From Dehalococcoidia bacterium (GTDB lineage Bacteria > Chloroflexota > Dehalococcoidia > Bin125): a stretch of DNA of 64,000 bases. The DNA is taken from positions 480,001 to 544,000 of the forward strand of contig CAXXNO010000004.1 of NCBI GenBank assembly GCA_963663235.2. Direction: 5' to 3'. The notes beneath the pieces are model-generated. The model had not been told where the DNA came from. It saw only the letters and a list, made by a program, of their open reading frames with translations, and made no database searches. Below are positions 1 to 9,773 of this stretch, piece by piece; the first letter of the stretch is position 1; each line of letters opens with the position of its first letter. The position numbers and the translations under genes are program-made.

Positions 1-2
1 AG

Positions 3-497
3 CTCGCCCTGCTCGGGCGGCATCCGCACTTGCGACTCCTGGGACGGGAATCCGCCTCGGACCTCCGTATCACTTGGCAGGCGATGGAACGCGCCGGATG
101 CGCGGAGTTCGCCGAGCGGCCCCTGCACACGCTTTCCGGCGGCGAGCGGCGGCGCGCCTTCATTGCCCGCGCGCTGGCACAGCAGCCCCGGTTCCTGTTG
201 CTCGACGAACCAACGGCCAACCTTGATGTGGATGCGCAGGGGGAGATCTTCGAACTGCTCCGGGAACTGGCGCGCGAGGACGTTGCTGTTCTGGTCGTCG
301 TCCATGAACTCAGCCTCGCGGCCTCGTACTGTGACCGCTTGGTTCTTCTCGCCGACGGCCGCATCCGCACCCAGGGAGCGCCCGCGGCCGTCCTCACTGA
401 CGACATCGTGCGGGAAACCTACGGCGAACGTGTGACAGTCATCCGTCATCCCGAGACCGGGTCCCCGTTGATTGTCCCGCGGCGCGGAAAAGATTGA
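3..497 (+). CDS. ABC transporter ATP-binding protein, cobalamin/Fe-siderophore type (BtuD/FepC-like), 5'-truncated by window edge
   Basis: LSGGERRR signature, LLLDEPT Walker B, VVHEL H-loop; directly upstream of cobO-cobQ. Confidence 0.88.
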   Translation, partial: LALLGRHPHLRLLGRESASDLRITWQAMERAGCAEFAERPLHTLSGGERRRAFIARALAQQPRFLLLDEPTANLDVDAQGEIFELLRELAREDVAVLVVVHELSLAASYCDRLVLLADGRIRTQGAPAAVLTDDIVRETYGERVTVIRHPETGSPLIVPRRGKD

Positions 498-501
498 CAT
501 C

Positions 502-1107
502 GTGACCCCTGCAACGGCCAAGCATCACGAACCCTCCGAACCTTCCGAACCCTCCGAACCCACGCGAGGAAGTCACGGCCGGATCCGAAAAAAGCACCCG
601 ATGGTGCTGCTTTTTACCGGGGACGGCAAGGGGAAAACGTCCGCCGCGCTGGGCGTGACGATGCGAGCATGGGGGCGGGGCTGGTCCATCTGCTGGCTCC
701 AGTTCATCAAATCAAAGACGGCCAACACTGGAGAGATCCGTGCGGCCGGCCGCATGGGCATCGAGATCATTCCGTTGGGCGACGGGTTCACCTGGCTTTC
801 CAAGGATCTCGAGATTGACAAAGCGCTCGCGCGCGAGTGTTGGGAGCTCGCTGCCGGGAAAATTCACTCGGGCCGGTACGATCTCGTCGTTCTCGATGAG
901 ATCACGTACCCGCTCACGTATGACTGGCTTGATCTGCAGGAGGTGATTGGATCGATTCGAGATCGCCCTGACGACATGCACATCATTCTCACAGGGCGCG
1001 CGGCCCCAGCGCCGCTGATCGATTTCGCGGATCTCGTGACCGAGATGGGCGAAGTCAAACATCCGTATCGCCAGGGAATCCACGCGCAGCCGGGCGTCGA
1101 CTTCTGA
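502..1107 (+). CDS. cobO: Cob(I)alamin adenosyltransferase (CobO/BtuR)
   Basis: FTGDGKGKTSAALG P-loop, QFIK, LDEI, LTGR, ADLVTEM, KHPY..GI.AQPGVDF; start GTG 502 chosen (ORF opens at 472). Confidence 0.93.
   Translation: MTPATAKHHEPSEPSEPSEPTRGSHGRIRKKHPMVLLFTGDGKGKTSAALGVTMRAWGRGWSICWLQFIKSKTANTGEIRAAGRMGIEIIPLGDGFTWLSKDLEIDKALARECWELAAGKIHSGRYDLVVLDEITYPLTYDWLDLQEVIGSIRDRPDDMHIILTGRAAPAPLIDFADLVTEMGEVKHPYRQGIHAQPGVDF
527..562 (+). repeat. 9-bp tandem repeat (GAACCCTCC x3+) encoding EPSEPSEPSEP in the CobO N-terminus
   Basis: cgaaccctccgaaccttccgaaccctccgaaccc read directly. Confidence 0.8.
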
Positions 1108-1113
1108 GGGACC

Positions 1114-2625
1114 GTGATGCCTCCCTCTCGTGCGCCGGCGCCCGTGCTCATGATCGTCGGGACCGGATCGTCTGTCGGGAAGTCCGTCATCGTCGCAGCC
1201 CTCTGTCGCATCTTCCGGCAAGATGGGGTGCGCGTTGCACCGTTCAAGGCCCAGAACATGTCCAACAACGCCGACGTCACGGACGACGGGCTAGAGATCG
1301 GGCGGGCGCAGTCCGAGCAAGCCGCCGCGGCCGGTCTCGCTCCATCGGTCGATATGAATCCGATTCTTCTGAAACCCCAAGGGGATCGCACCTCCCAGAT
1401 TGTGGTGGCGGGGCGTCCCGCCGGCCTTCTGCACGCAGCCGACTTCGTCACGCGCAAGCGAGACCTCTGGCCGGTGGTGGAAGGAGCGATCGGCCGCCTC
1501 CGCAGCGAATACGACCTGGTGATTGCCGAGGGAGCAGGGGCGGCCATCGAGCCCAACCTTCGAGACGGCGATATTGTGAACCTCCGTGTCGCTCGGCATG
1601 CGGCGGCCGTGACGCTGCTGGTCGGCGACATCGATCGAGGCGGCGTGTTCGCGCAGCTCCTGGGGACCCTGGAGTGGCTGACGGCCGCGGAACGGGCCTG
1701 CCTCCACGGATTCATTATCAATCGCTTTCGCGGTGTTCCCGCGCTCCTGGCCTCCGCGGTCACGGATCTCGAATCCCGCACCGGCCTACCGATGCTCGGG
1801 GTGATCCCCTGGATTGATGATCTCCGCCTTGCAGAGGAGGACGCGGTCACCCTGGAGCGTGCCGGGGGTGCGCCCGCGCCGGCGCGTGGCGCGGTGGATA
1901 TCGCGGTGATTCGGTTCCCACGGATCGCCAACTTCGACGACTTCGACCCCCTCGGTCGCGAACCGGAAGTCCGTCTTCGGTATGTCGAGCGTGCGGACGA
2001 GTTGGGCACGCCAGACCTGATGATCCTTCCGGGGACCAAAGCGACGATCGCGGATCTCGCCGTGTTGCGAGAGCGCAAGCTGGACATCGCGATCCGAGCG
2101 CGAGTCGACGCCGGTGGCCATGTGTTGGGGATCTGCGGCGGCTTTCAGATGCTGGGGGAGCACTTGGTCGATCCGGAGGGAGCGGAAGGCTTGCCTGGTA
2201 CGAGGGTGGCCGGCCTGGGCTTGCTCCCCGTTTGCACAGTGTTTTCGACCACGAAGGTGACACGCCGTACGACAGGACACGTGACGGCGAGGACCGGACC
2301 CTGGTCGACGGCGGAAGGTCTGTCTGTCCATGGATATGAGATTCACATGGGCCGTACGAGCGGCACGCTCCCGCCGTTGTTGCGTCTCTCCGGCCACGCC
2401 GATGGCGCCGTTTCGCTCGATGGACGGGTTGCGGGGACCTACCTCCACGGTCTCTGGCACAACGACGATGTGCGGACCGCCATCCTGGCTGGATTGGGCC
2501 GCGCCCCTGTGGACCACAAGTTCTCGAGTGCCGAGCGCCGCGACGCGGAATTCGATCGCGTGGCTGCGGTCGTTCGGCGGCACCTGAACCTTGCCCGCGT
2601 CCGCCATCTGCTGAAGATGGACTGA
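1114..2625 (+). CDS. cobQ: Cobyric acid synthase
   Basis: GTGSSVGKS, PFKAQNMSNN, MNPILLKP, EGAG, GICGGFQMLG glutamine amidotransferase motif, GYEIHMG, GTYLHG. Confidence 0.96.
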   Translation: MMPPSRAPAPVLMIVGTGSSVGKSVIVAALCRIFRQDGVRVAPFKAQNMSNNADVTDDGLEIGRAQSEQAAAAGLAPSVDMNPILLKPQGDRTSQIVVAGRPAGLLHAADFVTRKRDLWPVVEGAIGRLRSEYDLVIAEGAGAAIEPNLRDGDIVNLRVARHAAAVTLLVGDIDRGGVFAQLLGTLEWLTAAERACLHGFIINRFRGVPALLASAVTDLESRTGLPMLGVIPWIDDLRLAEEDAVTLERAGGAPAPARGAVDIAVIRFPRIANFDDFDPLGREPEVRLRYVERADELGTPDLMILPGTKATIADLAVLRERKLDIAIRARVDAGGHVLGICGGFQMLGEHLVDPEGAEGLPGTRVAGLGLLPVCTVFSTTKVTRRTTGHVTARTGPWSTAEGLSVHGYEIHMGRTSGTLPPLLRLSGHADGAVSLDGRVAGTYLHGLWHNDDVRTAILAGLGRAPVDHKFSSAERRDAEFDRVAAVVRRHLNLARVRHLLKMD

Positions 2626-2784
2626 TCCGCGCGCAGGACCCATGGGTAGCCGCTCCGTGCGATCACCGGGAGACGGAGAGCCGGGCCCACCTGGCGCGGT
2701 GCGCTGCGGCCCCGTCGGGCGAATGCTCGCACCGTTAGGCCGCGGCGAGTTTCGTTTCCCCGCTTGTTCCCCGCTGCGGCACGG

Positions 2785-4782
2785 CTACGGCGCCGGCTGC
2801 TCCCACGTCGCGGCGGCGGTCAGGCGGATGAAGAAGGCGTCGCCGTTGTTGAGGGTGGTCAGCGTGTTGCCGACGGGGGCGGCGCGGCGCCAGGAATCGT
2901 AGGCCGTCCCGTTGCAGCGGAAGAGCGCGTCGGCGGCATCCAACCCGGCCAGGGCCTCGTCGATCGCCATGGTGGGCCCGGTCCACATCGCCAGGTTAAA
3001 ACCCGCGAGCAGCGACACCGTGCGCGGTCCGCTGAAGACGGGCTGCTCCCAGGCCGCCGCCTGATCCATGACGATCCAGAAGGCGTCGCCCGTGTTGAGA
3101 TCGGCGAGGCCCTGGGCCCCGGCCGGAAGGCCGGGGATGAAGGAGACGTAGGCCTGGGCGGCCGCGTCCCAGCCCAGGATCTGGCTGAAGAGCCCCGCGA
3201 TGGAGGCGGTGGCCTCGGGGATGGCGGTGTCGCCCGTCCAACCGACGAGGTTCAGGCCGCGGAGCAAGTGCCCGGTGCGGGTCGTGCCAGCGCCGCCACC
3301 ACCTGCGCTCCCACCGAGGGTGGCCAGGATCTCTTGCGCCGCCCGCGCGCCGCTGCGGACGGCTCCGTGGCTTGTCGTGGGGGCCATCAGGTCGGTGGCT
3401 TCTCCGGCGAAGAAGAGGCGGTCCGAAACGGCGGCCGCGAGGACCGGCCTCGCTCCGTAGCGGCCCACCCTCACATACGAATAGCCACCGCGCACCCATT
3501 CATTCACCTTCCAATCCTGATAGGAAAAGTCGACGAGATGCGAGGCGTCGGCGTCGGAGCCGAAGACGCGGGCGAGTTCTCCGGCGGCAACCTCACGGAT
3601 CTGGGCCTCCGTCATGCCCGCCACGTGGGCTTCGAAGGTGTTACTGGCGAACCCGATAATGACCGCATCGAGATCATCACGGTCGCGAACCGCGCCGGGC
3701 ATCCACCACAGCTGCGGATCTCCGTCGCTGATGACGTTGCTGGTGCCATCGGGCCAAAACGCACGGTCGTAGCACATGAGGATCTTGGCGATGAACCCCA
3801 TGCCGAGGCCATCGATCGCGTCTTGCTTGTCTGCCGGAAACGGTGGGGTGAACTGAATCGCCCCCGCCTTGAGCACTCCGATGGACACCGTCGTCAAGAC
3901 ACGTTGCGCGCGGACGGCGCCGCGAGTGGTATGGACCACGACGTCGGCCCCGGACCAGTCGATGCTCGTGACCGCCGTCGAGAGATAGATCGGCGCGAAT
4001 TGGCTCAGGTACTCCGGCAGTCTGGAGTACCCCTCGCGGAGCCGGAAATCGCCGCCCGGCGTGACCACTTCCTCGTTCACGGCGAAGGCGCTGATCGCGT
4101 CCACGTCGCCCGACTGCTCCAGCGCAGCGTCCTGCCGCAGCAGCTGAGTTGCGAGCGGGCTCAGGCCCAGTGAGGCGATGATCTCCCCGATCGACAGGGC
4201 GTCGTTCTCAATGTCGGCGATCTCCGAGAAGTCCAGGTCGTTCTCAAAGACCAGGTTAAGGTCTTCGTCTGTCGCCAGGTCGCTACTGAATTGGCGAGCG
4301 CCGTTGAGGAAAACGATGAGGTCGCTGTCGACGTCGTAGGCCACATCTGGCAGCGTCGCAGCGCCGGCCTCTTCGGCCAGGGTCCACGCTGCTTGGCCGA
4401 TGCCATGCAGGAACTCCGCCCCGCGCTCGACGGGGAAATTCGCGAAGGCCTGGTCCGTGAAGACGCGGCCCCCCACGCGGTCCTGCGCCTCGACCACCAC
4501 GACGTCCACCCCGGCGGCCGCCAGATCACGCCCGGCGCTCAGACCGGCGAGACCGGCGCCCACCACCACGACGTCGACGGTGTCCGGCAGGAGCCCGGTC
4601 TGCTCCCCGCCGGCGCTCGCCGGCGACAGAACCGCGTCGCGACCGTCCGGAGCATTGGACGCGGCGGCGCTCCAGCCCGTCCATGCCGTCGCACCGAGCG
4701 CGGCGCCGCCCGCGCCTGCCCGAAGCAGCTTTCGGCGAGAAAGCCGCCGAGGCAGTCGGCGCCCTGCGTCACCACGGTTCAC
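2785..4782 (-). CDS. Tat-exported flavin monoamine/polyamine oxidase family protein with tandem C-terminal repeat domain
   Basis: SRRKLL Tat signal; VVVVGAGLAGL...EAQDRVGGR FAD motif; RGGYSY, FFAGEAT, HGAVRSG; Gly linker, then two LLxGxNL..W repeats. Confidence 0.88.
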   Translation of the reverse strand: MNRGDAGRRLPRRLSRRKLLRAGAGGAALGATAWTGWSAAASNAPDGRDAVLSPASAGGEQTGLLPDTVDVVVVGAGLAGLSAGRDLAAAGVDVVVVEAQDRVGGRVFTDQAFANFPVERGAEFLHGIGQAAWTLAEEAGAATLPDVAYDVDSDLIVFLNGARQFSSDLATDEDLNLVFENDLDFSEIADIENDALSIGEIIASLGLSPLATQLLRQDAALEQSGDVDAISAFAVNEEVVTPGGDFRLREGYSRLPEYLSQFAPIYLSTAVTSIDWSGADVVVHTTRGAVRAQRVLTTVSIGVLKAGAIQFTPPFPADKQDAIDGLGMGFIAKILMCYDRAFWPDGTSNVISDGDPQLWWMPGAVRDRDDLDAVIIGFASNTFEAHVAGMTEAQIREVAAGELARVFGSDADASHLVDFSYQDWKVNEWVRGGYSYVRVGRYGARPVLAAAVSDRLFFAGEATDLMAPTTSHGAVRSGARAAQEILATLGGSAGGGGAGTTRTGHLLRGLNLVGWTGDTAIPEATASIAGLFSQILGWDAAAQAYVSFIPGLPAGAQGLADLNTGDAFWIVMDQAAAWEQPVFSGPRTVSLLAGFNLAMWTGPTMAIDEALAGLDAADALFRCNGTAYDSWRRAAPVGNTLTTLNNGDAFFIRLTAAATWEQPAP

Positions 4783-4869
4783 GCGCCGTAGGGTAGTCCG
4801 GCGGCCTCACCTGGACAACCAAGACTGCCGGATTGGGAAGCAGCCTTCGCCGGCCGCGCCGGCATCGGT

Positions 4870-5078
4870 TGCGAGCAAGCGGGCGGCGGGGCGGAAGGCG
4901 GCGTGCGCCGCCGCGGCCTTGGCCGCGTCATACGCGGAAGGCCGCGGCGCACCATCGCCGAGGGGGAACGCCCGAAGAGATACCGCACGTCGAGCTCCCG
5001 GGCGTGATTCTCGATCGCCCAGGTGCGAAGGTGTGGCGGAAGCGGTGGGGATTCGCGTGGACGCCGGCGCGCTCGCCG
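4870..5078 (-). pseudogene. Tyrosine recombinase/integrase C-terminal remnant
   Basis: Across two frameshifts the minus strand reads ERAGVHANPHRFRHTFA/TWAIENHARELDVRYLFGRSPSAMVRR/SAYDAAKAAAAHAAF: HxxRH box and decayed LGH box. Confidence 0.78.
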
Positions 5079-5088
5079 AGCACAGCCG

Positions 5089-5117
5089 TTGACGGTGGCA
5101 CGCTGGGCGACTATACA
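5089..5117 (+). promoter_or_regulatory. Putative sigma70 promoter for the 5178 gene
   Basis: TTGACG-17 nt-TATACA about 60 nt upstream of an RBS (GGGAG) and GTG start. Confidence 0.5.
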
Positions 5118-5177
5118 CGCACACAATCACTCCGGGGCGCGCTAGTGACCTGCTGATTGCAGGGAGCGGGACCGACC

Positions 5178-6233
5178 GTGCACACGTCGCGAAGAAAGTT
5201 CCTCAGGTCTGCCGCTGGGGCGACGTACGTCGGCGTGATCGCGGGCACTGTCGGGCTGGGTCGATCGGCACTGGCACAAGGCGACTCGACCGAGATGGTG
5301 TTTCGCCTGAGTACCCGAAATACCCGGATCTGTAGCGCCTGCCGCAACCACGCGCGGTACAAGGTATTCGAAACGGGTTTCCTCGCCGACACGAACCGGG
5401 CGCATCCTGGCTGTAATTGTCCGATCACGGATCAGCGAATCGATCGGTCGCTCCTCGAGCGACTACAGGCTACGCTGACGGGTCTGGCCGGGGTTTGGGA
5501 TAGACGCAAACTCGATGGCGCCACGTCGCAGAGCGCGCGGCAGCTTGTTCCCGACTGGAACTTGATCGGCGTTCCTGGGGGCGGCCGCATAAGCGAACTG
5601 CTTCTTCCGATAGGCGGGCAATTCGATGCCGTGTTCGCTTGGAATGCTGGAGCACAAACATACGTGGTGTACTACCCGCAGGTACCGCCTCAGGTCACCC
5701 GCCGGCAGGTACCGCCTCAGGTCAACACTCTGCAGGAGCTACAGAGCGACCAGGCAATCTGGATACGGATCACGAATCCCGCGGGAGCCAGTTTGCCCCT
5801 CCCGCAGGAAGACTCCGACGTCCGCCCGCCCGCGGTTACGCTCTTGCGAGGATGGAACCTCGTCCCCTGGCGCGGGCCCGACCGGGTCACGGCGGCCGAG
5901 GCCACGACCAATCTTGGTGCGGCGCTCGAAATGCTATGGCGGTGGGATGCCGCTCTGCAGCGGTTTGAACTGTACATCCCGGCAATTCCCGAGCGCGTGC
6001 AGCTTCGTACTAGTGAAGGTGTCTGGATTCGGGTCGATCGCGCGGTAGAATGGGATCAGGCCATCGAGCCAATGGTTTCGCCGGACGATAGCCCATTGCG
6101 GGGTCGGGGGTTTGAGGAAGGAGAGAAAGCGTCCTTAGGAAGGGGAAGCGCCCAGGGAGACGGAAGCGTTCAACAGGACGTGGATGTCCGACGGGGAGTA
6201 AGCGGAGGGCGCGCCGATGCGCCTGAGCGGTGA
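5178..6233 (+). CDS. Tat-exported protein with N-terminal Cys/His motif and two C-terminal LxxxWNL repeats
   Basis: SRRKFL Tat signal ending ALA; CSAC...HPGCNC; repeats resemble those of the 2785-4782 protein; the 3' end runs into a MITE-like element. Confidence 0.75.
   Translation: MHTSRRKFLRSAAGATYVGVIAGTVGLGRSALAQGDSTEMVFRLSTRNTRICSACRNHARYKVFETGFLADTNRAHPGCNCPITDQRIDRSLLERLQATLTGLAGVWDRRKLDGATSQSARQLVPDWNLIGVPGGGRISELLLPIGGQFDAVFAWNAGAQTYVVYYPQVPPQVTRRQVPPQVNTLQELQSDQAIWIRITNPAGASLPLPQEDSDVRPPAVTLLRGWNLVPWRGPDRVTAAEATTNLGAALEMLWRWDAALQRFELYIPAIPERVQLRTSEGVWIRVDRAVEWDQAIEPMVSPDDSPLRGRGFEEGEKASLGRGSAQGDGSVQQDVDVRRGVSGGRADAPER
5678..5724 (+). repeat. 20-bp direct repeat with 27-bp period (in-frame duplication QVPPQV-TRR-QVPPQV)
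   Basis: gcaggtaccgcctcaggtca at 5678-5697 and 5705-5724. Confidence 0.85.
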
Positions 6234-6369
6234 AGCGCGAGAGTAAGGCAGTAGTGGCGGTAGCGTGGCGGATCGAGTGAGTTTGACGACTTTTCCCGAG
6301 TTCTCCGGCACAAAATCAAGTCTTCAGTCGTATTGTCGTATATCACTCCCCTCCCTAAGGACTCTTTCT
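6124..6369. mobile_element. MITE-like / internally deleted IS remnant (246 bp)
   Basis: 23-bp terminal inverted repeats, 21/23 match: agaaagcgtccttaggaagggga (6124-6146) and tcccctccctaaggactctttct (6347-6369); interior partly AT-richer, no transposase. Confidence 0.65.
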
Positions 6370-6483
6370 TGTGAAGCAAGAGCGCGCCGCTAGCGCGCTC
6401 AATCCTTTCCCGCAGCAGTGGATCACACGCACGCGGCGGCGCGGGCAACGCCGACCGGCTCATCGCCGCCGTCCGCGGACTGG

Positions 6484-7152
6484 TCAGGCTTCCTCGCGCA
6501 CAGCGAGGCCGGTGGGACAGGCGATGCCCGTGCCACCAAGTCCGCAGTAGCCGTCCGGATTCTTGGCCAAGTACTGCTGGTGATACGGCTCCGCGTAGTA
6601 GAAGGCCGGGGCCGGAAGGATCTCCGTCGTGATGACTCCGTAGCCGGCGTCGCTCAGCACGGCTTGGTAGGCATCGCGGGACGCTTCGGCCGCCGAGCGC
6701 TGCGCGTCCGACGCGGCGTAGATCCCGGAGCGGTACTGCGTGCCCACATCGTTGCCCTGGCGCATCCCCTGGGTTGGGTCGTGGCTCTCCCAGAAGATCT
6801 CCAGCAGCGCTTCGTACGTCGTCAGCCTGGGGTCGAACACGACGAGGACCGCCTCGTTGTGGCCGGTACGACCTGAGCAGACTTCCTCATAGGTTGGGTT
6901 GGGGGTCGCCCCCCCGGCGTAACCGACGGCAGTCGAGAAGACGCCGGGCGCCTTCCAGAAGCACCGCTCCGCACCCCAGAAACAGCCGAGGCCGAAGAGG
7001 GCCGTCTCCATGCCGGCCGGGAACGGCGGCTCCAAGGACGCGCCGTTGACGAAGTGCTCTTGAGGGACGGGCACCCGCTCTTCACGGCCGGGCAACGCCT
7101 CCTCCTTGGTGGGTATCTCGGTCCTCGGTCGGCCGAACAAGGCCATGGGCAT
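6484..7152 (-). CDS. msrA: Peptide-methionine (S)-S-oxide reductase
   Basis: [46 protein letters not shown]. Confidence 0.97.
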   Translation of the reverse strand: MPMALFGRPRTEIPTKEEALPGREERVPVPQEHFVNGASLEPPFPAGMETALFGLGCFWGAERCFWKAPGVFSTAVGYAGGATPNPTYEEVCSGRTGHNEAVLVVFDPRLTTYEALLEIFWESHDPTQGMRQGNDVGTQYRSGIYAASDAQRSAAEASRDAYQAVLSDAGYGVITTEILPAPAFYYAEPYHQQYLAKNPDGYCGLGGTGIACPTGLAVREEA

Positions 7153-7762
7153 CCCCGCTTCCCTCGGAAGTCATCCACCTGCGCCGACAGTGTACCGCGC
7201 CCGCCGCGCGCCATGGCCGTTGCCAGACCGCGCAGCGACTTTCCCAAGCCGTGGGTCGCGGGTTCCGGCCTGGCTCGAGAGCCCGCAGAATCTCCCGCAG
7301 GCGCTGCAGAGCGCCCGAAGGTAGCGACCGCGGGCCTTGGCCGGCCTCCGGCCGAAGGGGCAGGCGCGGGGCCGCCGGCCCTTGCCGAGGACGACCGTCG
7401 CGGCTGGACCACGACGATGCGGTGGCGCCACGACCTCAAGCAGGCGGACTGCTCCCCACGGCTTGACCGGGACCCTGGCGTTCACGTTCGGTCCATCGAC
7501 GATCTCGGCCGCCGATGAACGCTGCGTAACCTAGCACCGCGGGCGCCCGCGTCGATAGATGCCGGCGTTACGGATTGAGCCGTTCGATCACCGCGCGGGC
7601 GGCATTGGACCCGTCAGCGGACGCGCTACGATGATGGCGCGCTGCTAGACTTTCCGGCCGGCGGCGACGCAGGACCGCATCGAGCGCTCTGACATATCGC
7701 TCGCGTGGATCGGCTCCGGTGCGTCGGGGGCCGCGGTGCAGGCAGGATGAGGAGATCGCCCA

Positions 7763-9580
7763 ATGGCCCCGAGCGATGCAAGCGCCGCGAAACCCACGAT
7801 GGATCCGGTCCAGCTGCTCGTGATGGCCAACCGGGTGGACGGCGTCACCCGCGAGATGACCAACACCCTCGTCCGCACCGCCCGCTCGACCACGCAACTT
7901 GCGCGCGACTTCTCCACGTCGATCTCGACCGCGGACCACCAGTTGCTTTCGGCGCCGGAAGGGGTCCCCTGTCACGTCTACGGCTCTGGTCTTCTCTGTG
8001 AGGCCATGGCGGAGCTCCACCCCGACTTCAAGGAGGGCGACGCCTTCCTCCACAACGACCCCTACCTGGGCAACACCCACGCCGCCGATTACACCATCCT
8101 GGTGCCGGTGTTCTTCGAGGGCGAGCACATCCTCACCACCTGCATGAAGGCCCACCAAGCCGACATCGGCAACGCCCTCCCCACGACCTACATGCCGAAG
8201 GCCGTCGACGTCTACGCCGAGGGCGCGCTCATCTTCCCCTGCGTCCGCATCCAGGAGCACTACCAGGACGTGGGCGACATCATCCGCATGTGCTACAAAC
8301 GCATCCGCGCGCCCGAGATCTGGTACGGCGACTACCTCGGCATGCTCGCCGCCGCTCGCGTTGGAGAGGCTCGTCTCAAGGACTTCTGCGCCAAGTACGG
8401 TCTGGAGAGCGTGAAGGCCTTCGTCCGCGAGTGGCTCGACTACACCGAACGGCTCTGCGAGGCGGAGATCAAGAAGCTCCCCGCCGGCCGCGTCCACGCG
8501 AAGACCGCGCTGGACCCCTTCCCCAACTTGCCGAACGGCCTGCCGCTGCAAGCGGACATCAACGTGGACTCCGAGGCCGGCTATGTGACGGTCGACCTGC
8601 GTGACAACTCGGACTGCACCCCAACGGGGCTCAACCTGAGCCGGTCGACGGCGATGAATTCGGGCATCACGGCCGTCTTGACGGTGCTCAACTCCAAGCG
8701 CGACGCGAAAGCGACCCTGGTCCCCAACAACGCTGGCACCTTCCGGCGGATCAAGGTGTTGGTGCGTGAGAACTGCGTGGTGGGGATCCCGATCCATCCC
8801 GTCTCTTGCTCCATGGCGACCAACACCGTCGCCGACCGGGTCGTGGGCATGGTCGAGGCGGCGTTCGCCCAACTGGCCGACGGCGTCGGACTGGCGGAGC
8901 CGTGTTGGGGGTCGGGGCCGTTCCAGGGCGTGGTCTCCGGCTTCGACCGCCGCCGTGGCGAGCCCTACGTGCTGCAACTGTTCAGCGGCACCGCCGGCGG
9001 CCCCGCCTCCCCCGAATCCGACGGCTGGCTCACGTTCCTCCTCGCCGGCGGCAACGGCCTCACGTACGTCGACGAGACCGAGGTGGTCGAGCAGAAATAC
9101 CCCTTTGTCACCTTCGAGAAAAAGGTACGGCCGGACTCCGAGGGAGCGGGACGCCAACGCGGCGCGCCCGGGAACATCTGCAGCTATGGGCCGCTCTGGG
9201 ATCCCATGAAGGTCCACTACTCGCTCGATGGGATGATCAATGTGCCCCAAGGCGTGCGCGCCGGGGGCCCCGCCCTGGGGCCGCAGGCCCTGCTGACCGA
9301 GCGCGAGGGAACGTCCCGGGTCCTTCCCGATGTGGTCGGCGAACAGCCGGTTGAGCCCGGCGAACGGATCATCTCCCTCTCCGCCGGCGCCGGCGGCTAC
9401 GGCGATCCCCTGACTCGCGACGCGGAGGCCGTCCTCACCGATGTGGTTGAGGGCTACATCACCGTCGGCCGCGCGCGCGAAGCCTACGGCGTCGTCATCA
9501 CCGGGGACCCGGCAAAGGTCGAGAGCCTGGCCGTCGATGGTGCGGCCACGGCCGAACGGCGCGGGGTGCGACGGCGGTAA
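7763..9580 (+). CDS. Hydantoinase B/oxoprolinase family protein
   Basis: EM..TLVRTARS, HNDPY.GNTH..D, HQADIG, EGA, DSEGAGRQRG, GAGGYGDP; RBS GAGGAG. Confidence 0.92.
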   Translation: MAPSDASAAKPTMDPVQLLVMANRVDGVTREMTNTLVRTARSTTQLARDFSTSISTADHQLLSAPEGVPCHVYGSGLLCEAMAELHPDFKEGDAFLHNDPYLGNTHAADYTILVPVFFEGEHILTTCMKAHQADIGNALPTTYMPKAVDVYAEGALIFPCVRIQEHYQDVGDIIRMCYKRIRAPEIWYGDYLGMLAAARVGEARLKDFCAKYGLESVKAFVREWLDYTERLCEAEIKKLPAGRVHAKTALDPFPNLPNGLPLQADINVDSEAGYVTVDLRDNSDCTPTGLNLSRSTAMNSGITAVLTVLNSKRDAKATLVPNNAGTFRRIKVLVRENCVVGIPIHPVSCSMATNTVADRVVGMVEAAFAQLADGVGLAEPCWGSGPFQGVVSGFDRRRGEPYVLQLFSGTAGGPASPESDGWLTFLLAGGNGLTYVDETEVVEQKYPFVTFEKKVRPDSEGAGRQRGAPGNICSYGPLWDPMKVHYSLDGMINVPQGVRAGGPALGPQALLTEREGTSRVLPDVVGEQPVEPGERIISLSAGAGGYGDPLTRDAEAVLTDVVEGYITVGRAREAYGVVITGDPAKVESLAVDGAATAERRGVRRR

Positions 9581-9773
9581 GACAACTCCGCTGGGAGCAA
9601 CCGATCGTGGCGGATCCGGACCCGCTCGGACACGCTGCGTTGTCGCTGGCTGGCGATGAGGTTTTGGTGCCCGAGTCGCCGCAGCAAGGCCCTTCGGGCT
9701 TCTTGGTAGTTCCGGGTCGGGGGGTCAACTAGCCTGGCGCCGAACCCACGACACGGCGACGAGGGAGACGACC

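Noticed and set aside
7153-7762. Several overlapping short ORFs between msrA and the hydantoinase B gene
   Set aside because: Arg/Pro/Ala-rich translations without RBS or motifs; cannot support a gene call
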